DNA of 64,000 nt. Origin: Bacteroidetes bacterium UBA2364. GTDB taxonomy: Bacteria; Bacteroidota; Rhodothermia; Rhodothermales; UBA2364. The notes below the pieces were generated by a model. It ran no database searches, had not been told where the DNA came from, and worked only from the letters and a program-made list of their open reading frames with translations. Below, piece by piece: positions 57,877 through 64,000 of the stretch (the first letter of the stretch is position 1; each line of letters begins with the position of its first letter). A program made the position numbers and the translations under genes. Location: contig DDTM01000058.1 of assembly GCA_002344075.1 (NCBI GenBank), positions 21,874 through 85,873 on the forward strand. Direction: 5' to 3'.

Positions 57877-58728
57877 ATGAAACTTCCTTTTTTTCTCGCT
57901 TCCCGTTTTGTGGCTGGCGAAACCTTGGATGCGGCACTTCCGCAGGTCCGTTCATTAAACCAAAAAGGCTTACATGCTACCTTGGATTTGCTCGGTGAAT
58001 ATGTAAGCGACCGTAAGGTTGCTGCTCGTTTTACCGAGGTCTATTTGCAACTCCTACAACAGATAGGTCAAACACCCGGCATAGATTGTAATATCTCGAT
58101 GAAATTATCCATGATTGGGCAAAAAATAGATCGGGAATTTTGCTTAGATAACCTGCATAAAATACTAACTGTTGCAAAAGAACAAAATATTTTTGTACGA
58201 TTAGACATGGAAGGGTCGGATATTACACAATCTACTTTAGACTTGTTTGAGAAAGTATATCCCAAATACCCCGATCACGTGGGCGTGGTGTTACAGGCAT
58301 ATTTACACCGAACGCAAGAAGATGTGGCGAGAATGTGCGACTTGAAGGCCCGTGTACGCTTGTGTAAAGGCGCTTACCGAGAACCTGCTCAGATAGCTTA
58401 CCAAGATATGCCAAACATCCGGGAACGCTATTTGGCATACATGGCGCAATTAATCAATGAAGCACGGTATCCGGGTATTGCTACGCACGATGATTACTTG
58501 ATCAATGAAACCAAAAAGTATGTGGCCGAACACAACATTGGGAAGGATCGTTTTGAGTTCCAAATGCTGTATGGCATCCGGCCAGAAACGCAGGAACAAA
58601 TTGGTAAAGTGTATAATATGCGGGTTTATGTACCCTATGGAACCGAATGGTTGCCCTATTATTCCCGTCGTCTTCGGGAGCGTAAAGAAAATATATGGTT
58701 TATCCTGAAAAACTTACTTCGAGGATAA
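57877..58728 (+). CDS. Proline dehydrogenase (monofunctional)
   Basis: FVAGETLDAAL, LDLLGE, VRLDMEGS, VRLCKGAY and FEFQMLYGIR. Confidence 0.8.
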   Translation: MKLPFFLASRFVAGETLDAALPQVRSLNQKGLHATLDLLGEYVSDRKVAARFTEVYLQLLQQIGQTPGIDCNISMKLSMIGQKIDREFCLDNLHKILTVAKEQNIFVRLDMEGSDITQSTLDLFEKVYPKYPDHVGVVLQAYLHRTQEDVARMCDLKARVRLCKGAYREPAQIAYQDMPNIRERYLAYMAQLINEARYPGIATHDDYLINETKKYVAEHNIGKDRFEFQMLYGIRPETQEQIGKVYNMRVYVPYGTEWLPYYSRRLRERKENIWFILKNLLRG

Positions 58729-58766
58729 AACCTATCCTTTATGCTTGATAATTGATCAGTTGATTA

Positions 58767-59540
58767 ATGTCTGAATATCCTGATTTTTTAGCAAACCTCC
58801 AAGAACTAAACCATAAAATGACTTTTTCAGAAATTGTACATTACCGCCGCTCGGTAAGGCTTTATCAGCAAGTTCCTTTAGAGCCAGATAGGGTGAAAAT
58901 GTGTTTAGAATTGGCTGTTCTTGCCCCGAATAGCTCCAACATGCAACTCTGGGAATTTTTTCATATAACTGACAAAGAAATACTTGAAAAACTTGCTCAT
59001 GCGTGTTTAGACCAAACGGCTGCAAGCACGGCTCCGCAAATGGTTGTTTTTGTTACCAGGCAAGATTTGTTTCGTAGCCGGACAAAGCAGATGATTGCAT
59101 TAGAAACACAAAATGTACTTAAGAATAGCCCAAAGGAAAAACAAGAAAAAAGAGTTAAACGTTGGCATTTATATTATGGAAGAATAATTCCTTTTCTATA
59201 TACAAAAGGATTCGGGATTATAGGACTATTAAGGAAGATTATCGTTCATTTAATTGGTCTTTTCCGTCCCATTTTTTATCAAGTTTCTGAAAGTGATATT
59301 AGAGTAGTGGTACATAAAACATGTGGTCTTGCTGCACAAACATTTATGCTCGCTATGGCCAGCGAAGGTTATGACACATGTCCTATGGAAGGCTTCGATA
59401 GCAGAAAGGTCAAAAAAATTCTAAAATTGCCATTTGGCGCTGAAGTTAATATGATAATCTCTTGTGGCATACGAGCTGAAGGAGGCGTTTGGGGAGATCG
59501 GATGAGAATCCCATTTGAGGAGGTGTATCACAGACGATAA
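58767..59540 (+). CDS. Nitroreductase-family protein
   Basis: RRSVRLYQ, APNSSNMQLWEF and a C-terminal GYDTCPMEGFD. Confidence 0.7.
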   Translation: MSEYPDFLANLQELNHKMTFSEIVHYRRSVRLYQQVPLEPDRVKMCLELAVLAPNSSNMQLWEFFHITDKEILEKLAHACLDQTAASTAPQMVVFVTRQDLFRSRTKQMIALETQNVLKNSPKEKQEKRVKRWHLYYGRIIPFLYTKGFGIIGLLRKIIVHLIGLFRPIFYQVSESDIRVVVHKTCGLAAQTFMLAMASEGYDTCPMEGFDSRKVKKILKLPFGAEVNMIISCGIRAEGGVWGDRMRIPFEEVYHRR

Positions 59541-59901
59541 ACAAATTCTTTGCGTATTCTAAATTTATATAAAACAAATAAATAGACAATAAATTCGGAT
59601 GGGCTAAAGGTAGTTTGCTCGTTCACAAACAACTACCAAGATCCTAGAATCCTTCTCGGATAAAGTACGGCCTCTATGGTACTAAAGGAGGATTGACGAC
59701 ACCCTTTTATCATTATTGTCCATACAACCGATTGAAACAACTTTCTGGAATTCTGGAAAAAGATGTAGTAGGGGTTCTTGTTCGTAGGGAAAACGCAGAC
59801 GGATTTGATATATTAACGGAAGCGATCTATTGCGGGCGCTTTACAAAACAAACCCTATTGATGGGGTTGATCTTTTTATACAAACTTGTTACACAAACCA
59901 A

Positions 59902-60216
59902 ATGCAAGAACAACAAAATCATGATGAAGGCTTGAATATCGAATTGGATGAACAAACCGCTGAAGGCATTTATTCCAATCTTGTTATGATTGCCCACTCG
60001 CCTGAAGAGTTTATTCTCGATTTTATTCGGATGATGCCAGGCGTATCTAAGGCTAAGGTGAAAAGTCGGATCATAATGACACCCCAACATGCCAAACGAT
60101 TTTTGAGTGCGGTTGAGGAGAATATTGAAAAATATGAATCTGTTTATGGCCCAATCTCCGAAGGTCATCAATTTGATGGTGAAATCCATTTTCAGTTTCC
60201 CGGAGGCGAGGCATAA
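59902..60216 (+). CDS. DUF3467-family small protein
   Basis: I moved the start to ATG 59902 (MQEQQNHDEGLNIELDEQTAEGIYSNLVMIAHSPEEFILDFI), the typical DUF3467 pattern. The track start 59830 adds an implausible leader. Confidence 0.6.
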   Translation: MQEQQNHDEGLNIELDEQTAEGIYSNLVMIAHSPEEFILDFIRMMPGVSKAKVKSRIIMTPQHAKRFLSAVEENIEKYESVYGPISEGHQFDGEIHFQFPGGEA

Positions 60217-60449
60217 AAAGAACATTCATTGGGTAGTGGCGGATGTAGCGCAGGTTGTCTCTGCTTGGCTTTTTGGGAATTACCGCATAAAACACTTGTA
60301 TTTCCACATAAGAATTTGATTCTGTTGAGGCTAAACCGTAATTTGACCCTAAAGCCATGTGTCGTATAAGGTGTAAACCAAAAATGTGGCGGCGACCTCC
60401 CCATGCGACCTTGGCATAGATATCCGTTTAACTCCAAACTGAATTATTT

Positions 60450-61703
60450 ATGGCTACGCGCAGAGTTGTGGTGACTGGAATGGGTGCTTTAACCCCCATT
60501 GGGCTGTCTGTAGAACAATTTTGGCAAGGTATGATGCAAGGTAAAAGCGGTGCGGCCCCTATAACCTACTTTGATACCACCCTGTTTGAAACAAAATTTG
60601 CCTGTGAACTCAAGGGGTTCGATCCCTCGATGTACTTAGACCGGAAAGAAGCACGGCGTCTTGACAAATATTCCCAATATGGTATCAGTGCTTCGGTGAT
60701 GGCTTTGGCCGATGCGGGCATTGTACCAGCGGAACTGACCGAAGAAGAAAAAGACCGTATCGGTGTGATTGTAGGAAGTGGAATTGGTGGTTTACAGACA
60801 TTCGAGGACCAGGTCGTAACGATGGAAAAAGACGGCCCACGACGGATTTCTCCTTTCTTTATTCCAATGATGATTGCGGATATCTGTGCCGGACTAATTT
60901 CAATCCGTTTTGGCTTTAGAGGCCCTAATTATGCCGCTGTTTCCGCTTGTTCTACGGCTAATCATAACATTATGGATGCGATGAATGCCATTCAACGGGA
61001 CATGGCGGACATAATGGTGACCGGAGGCGCAGAAGCTGCCGTCACACGAACTGGTGTTGGTGGGTTTAATGCTGCCAAGGCGCTCTCTACCAATAACGAC
61101 GAAGCAGAGACGGCGAGCCGCCCGTTTGATAAACGTCGGGATGGATTTGTGTTGGGTGAAGGGGCTGGAATTTTGATTTTAGAGGAATTGGAACATGCAA
61201 AGGCAAGGGGAGCCAAAATATACGCTGAAATCTTGGGTATAGGAATGAGTGCTGATGCTTATCATATGACGGCGCCAGATCCTAACGGACGGGGTGCTGC
61301 ACTTTCTATGAAAATGGCGCTTCGTGATGCAGGCCTAAATCTGGATCAGGTAGATTACCTCAACATGCATGGCACTTCAACCCCTTTAGGAGATCTGGCC
61401 GAAACAAAAGCCATTAAACAGGTTTTTGGCGATCATGCCTATAAAATGAATGTATCTTCTACTAAGTCCATGACGGGACACTTACTTGGTGCGGCTGGTG
61501 CAGCAGAAGCTATTGCAGCGATTCTGGCAATCCAAAACAACGTCATTCCGCCTACGATCAATTTTGTGGAAGCAGAACCTGAATGTGACTTAAATTATAC
61601 GTTTAATACACCTCAGGAGCGCCCTGTGAATGTCGCAGCTAGCAATGTCTTTGGTTTTGGTGGACACAACACAACGGTTTTATTTGGACGTTTTAATGGT
61701 TGA
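60450..61703 (+). CDS. fabF: 3-oxoacyl-ACP synthase II
   Basis: RRVVVTGMGALTPIG, the active-site AVSACST context, NMHGTSTP and NVFGFGGHNTT. Confidence 0.95.
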   Translation: MATRRVVVTGMGALTPIGLSVEQFWQGMMQGKSGAAPITYFDTTLFETKFACELKGFDPSMYLDRKEARRLDKYSQYGISASVMALADAGIVPAELTEEEKDRIGVIVGSGIGGLQTFEDQVVTMEKDGPRRISPFFIPMMIADICAGLISIRFGFRGPNYAAVSACSTANHNIMDAMNAIQRDMADIMVTGGAEAAVTRTGVGGFNAAKALSTNNDEAETASRPFDKRRDGFVLGEGAGILILEELEHAKARGAKIYAEILGIGMSADAYHMTAPDPNGRGAALSMKMALRDAGLNLDQVDYLNMHGTSTPLGDLAETKAIKQVFGDHAYKMNVSSTKSMTGHLLGAAGAAEAIAAILAIQNNVIPPTINFVEAEPECDLNYTFNTPQERPVNVAASNVFGFGGHNTTVLFGRFNG

Positions 61704-61717
61704 AACAAATTGAATGT

Positions 61718-61743
61718 AAAAAGGGGCTTTATGCCCCTTTTTT
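61718..61743 (+). terminator. Rho-independent terminator after fabF
   Basis: AAAAGGGGC, loop TTTAT, GCCCCTTTT and then further T residues (6 T in all). Confidence 0.85.
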
Positions 61744-61806
61744 GTTTGGTGAATATTTTTGTGTAGAAATTTGGAAAGGTTTTTCTGGATTAAAATCATA
61801 AAGATC

Positions 61807-62832
61807 ATGTATAATCTTGCTTTGATTTTGGCTTTTGTATTTCTTTTGGCGGGTTGTTCTGCTCCAAGTGTTACGGTTTCTGGGAAGTCCGACACCAATA
61901 CGACTTTTGCCATTGCCATTCATGGCGGGGCTGGTGTTATTTCTAAGGCGCAACTTTCTCCTGAGCGGGAGGCTGCAATCCGTAATGACTTGGAGCGAGC
62001 ACTTAAGGCTGGACAAGCCATCTTGACAAAAGGTGGAACCAGTATGGATGCTGTTGTTGCTGCGGTGAATATTTTGGAAGATTCACCTTATTTTAATGCT
62101 GGGAAAGGAGCCGTCTTGACCTCGGAGGGTCATTCAGAGTTAGACGCTGCCATTATGGATGGTAAGACACTGGGTGCGGGAGCTGTAACAGGATTGCGAC
62201 AGGTGAAAAACCCTATAAATTTGGCGCGTGCGGTGATGGAGAAGTCACCGCACGTCATGCTTTCGGGGAATGGTGCGGAAGTATTTGCACGTAGTGCGGG
62301 GATCGAGATGGTTGCGCCGTCTTATTTTGTAACCCCGGAGCGCCAACGTGCCCTCGAAGCAGCAAAAAGGAAAGAAAACGCATCAGGTATGAATCAGGGT
62401 GAAATGCGTAAGCTTAATTACGGAACGGTAGGTGCGGTTGCATTGGATCGTAATGGTAATCTTGCTGCGGCTACGTCTACTGGTGGTATGACCAATAAAA
62501 AATGGGGACGGGTGGGAGATGCCCCCATTATCGGCGCCGGAACCTATGCGAATAATGCATCGGCTGCGATATCTGCGACCGGATGGGGAGAGTTTTTTAT
62601 CCGTTCGGTTGTTGCACACGATATTGCTGCTTTAATTGAATACAAGGGGCTAAAAACGGAAGTTGCTGCACAAACGGTGATAGACAAAGTAGGACAATTG
62701 GGAGGGGATGGAGGCGTCATCGTGATGGACCGTAAAGGGCAAATTGCCATGCCATTTAATTCCGAAGGCATGTATCGGGGGTGGGCAAACGGCAACCTTA
62801 AGCCGGAGACACGTATTTTTAAAGAGAAATAG
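61807..62832 (+). CDS. Isoaspartyl peptidase / L-asparaginase (Ntn hydrolase), lipoprotein form
   Basis: I moved the start to ATG 61807 (MYNLALILAFVFLLAGCS). IHGGAG, FNAGKGAV, the autoprocessing site GTVGAVALD and GAGTYAN. Confidence 0.85.
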   Translation: MYNLALILAFVFLLAGCSAPSVTVSGKSDTNTTFAIAIHGGAGVISKAQLSPEREAAIRNDLERALKAGQAILTKGGTSMDAVVAAVNILEDSPYFNAGKGAVLTSEGHSELDAAIMDGKTLGAGAVTGLRQVKNPINLARAVMEKSPHVMLSGNGAEVFARSAGIEMVAPSYFVTPERQRALEAAKRKENASGMNQGEMRKLNYGTVGAVALDRNGNLAAATSTGGMTNKKWGRVGDAPIIGAGTYANNASAAISATGWGEFFIRSVVAHDIAALIEYKGLKTEVAAQTVIDKVGQLGGDGGVIVMDRKGQIAMPFNSEGMYRGWANGNLKPETRIFKEK

Positions 62833-64000
62833 ATGTCACATGACGCATTAGTTGCCCTAAAGAACCCAGGTTTTAGACGTATCGCACTTACCTCTCTATT
62901 GGTAACCCTCGCTCTGTTGATGCAAGATGTGGTCTTGGGGTACGAATTGTATAATCGTACTCGTGACCCGTTAGTACTGGGTTGGATGGGACTTGCAGAA
63001 GCGCTTCCTTATATGGCATTGTCCTTAATTGGTGGGCATTGGGCAGATCGTTATAACAAACGCACTTTATGGTTGACGGGACATGGCCTTATGATTGTGT
63101 CGGCGGTTTGGCTTTGGTTGGTTTTTGAAGACGTTCCTGTTACTTTTACCCTACAGGAAAAAATTTGGTGGGTATATGGTGTCAACTTTATGAATGGGTT
63201 AACCCGGGCAATTACAGGACCTGCCTTGCATTCTTGGATTCCCCTCTTAATTCCGCCGACACAATATGGGAATTCGAGTGCTTGGACGAGTGCCTCGTGG
63301 CAAACGGGTGCCATTTTAGGCCCGCTAATTGGTGGTTTTGTGTATGCTTTAGCAGGACTTTCCTGGGCATTAGGAATCATACTCGTACTCTTGGTGCTGG
63401 GTGGTGTCTTGATCGGATTGAATGCCGCTCCCTACGCACAACCAACCGTCATAGAAAGACCTTCTGTTCGCGAAAGTTTGCGGGAAGGCATTCAGTTTGT
63501 ATGGCAAAATCCGACCATTTTATACTCAATCACACTCGATATGGTGGCCGTTTTATTTGGCGGTGTCGTGGCTATTTTGCCTGTTTTCGCAACGGAAGTC
63601 TTGATGATTGGTGCCGATGGCTTGGGTATTTTAAGGAGTGCGGCTGCACTTGGAGCCATTCTTACGACCATTTTACTTACATTTTTTTCTCCCATGAGCC
63701 AGCCATGGCGAAATCTTTTGTGGGCTGTTTTTGCATTTGGAATTGCTACGTTGGTTTTTGCACTCTCCGAGCATTTTTTCCTGTCGTGCTTGGCATTATT
63801 CCTAACGGGTGCGTTCGATAGTGTAAGTGTGGTGATTCGTGAAACCCTAATGCAAACGCTTACACCGCCCGAAATGCGAGGTAGGGTCTCTGCGGTCAAT
63901 GGAATATTTATTAAAGCGTCAAACGAATTAGGTGCTTTTGAGTCCGGTTTGGCAGCTAAACTAATGGGTGCTGTGCCTTCTGTTGTCATGGGAGCCACCG
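62833..64000 (+). CDS. MFS transporter (MFS_3 / EntS-like), C-terminally truncated by the window edge
   Basis: Absent from the ORF track because it has no stop in the window. ATG 62833 directly follows the upstream TAG. Hand translation is MSHDALVALKNPGFRRIALTSLLVTLALLMQD...GGHWADRYNKR...LGPLIGG...MRGRVSAVNG, hydrophobic throughout. Track ORFs 63165..63821(+) and 63492..63998(-) are shadow frames. Confidence 0.75.
   Translation, partial: MSHDALVALKNPGFRRIALTSLLVTLALLMQDVVLGYELYNRTRDPLVLGWMGLAEALPYMALSLIGGHWADRYNKRTLWLTGHGLMIVSAVWLWLVFEDVPVTFTLQEKIWWVYGVNFMNGLTRAITGPALHSWIPLLIPPTQYGNSSAWTSASWQTGAILGPLIGGFVYALAGLSWALGIILVLLVLGGVLIGLNAAPYAQPTVIERPSVRESLREGIQFVWQNPTILYSITLDMVAVLFGGVVAILPVFATEVLMIGADGLGILRSAAALGAILTTILLTFFSPMSQPWRNLLWAVFAFGIATLVFALSEHFFLSCLALFLTGAFDSVSVVIRETLMQTLTPPEMRGRVSAVNGIFIKASNELGAFESGLAAKLMGAVPSVVMGAT

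Noticed and set aside
59693-59935. An 80-aa TTG-initiated ORF upstream of and overlapping DUF3467.
   Set aside because: It has no recognisable family and an odd composition. Its 3' end overlaps the much better supported DUF3467 frame.

Overview
This 64-kb chromosomal window holds about 46 tightly packed protein-coding genes. I found no rRNA, tRNA, CRISPR array, transposase or integrase. The host looks like an FCB-group bacterium (Bacteroidota/Rhodothermota-like). That is an inference from four things: a T9SS-type C-terminal sorting domain on a metalloprotease, an ECF-sigma/FecR/TonB-transducer trio with a CarboxypepD_reg domain, ileS-dksA-lspA synteny, and a fused BCKDH E1 alpha/beta. Region 1-12.1 kb is housekeeping: S9 peptidase (edge-truncated), YfcC carrier, purine nucleoside phosphorylase, DivIVA, YggS, a cupin epimerase-like protein, HAD and alpha/beta hydrolases, xylB-xylA and an amidinotransferase. 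Region 12.6-32.4 kb is the stand-out. It is a co-directional 12-gene, 19.8-kb T6SS-like operon, preceded by a 524-bp non-coding gap and closed by a strong intrinsic terminator. It encodes a single-polypeptide TssB-TssC sheath protein and an FHA/disordered-repeat/TM/lytic-transglycosylase protein. It also encodes a membrane-anchored PP2C phosphatase, a Hanks kinase, two paralogous TPR/CsgG-like lipoproteins, an outer-membrane beta-barrel, TagH, TssJ, TssK, TssL and TssM. I cannot recognise Hcp, VgrG, PAAR, TssA, TssE/F/G or ClpV anywhere in the window. Region 32.5-64 kb is again mostly core functions. These are ileS, dksA-like, lspA, ECF/FecR/TonB receptor, DUF1080, murF, an esterase, fused isobutyryl-CoA mutase, a GH-like protein and a CxxCH lipoprotein. 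They continue with a T9SS metalloprotease, BCKDH E1, NlpC/P60, proline dehydrogenase, nitroreductase, DUF3467, fabF, isoaspartyl peptidase and an edge-truncated MFS transporter. Two edge-truncated genes (1..821 minus, 62833..64000 plus) are missing from the supplied ORF track and were read by hand. Most short track ORFs are shadow frames of the real genes. All functional calls rest on motif and family recognition by eye, and no database search was possible.
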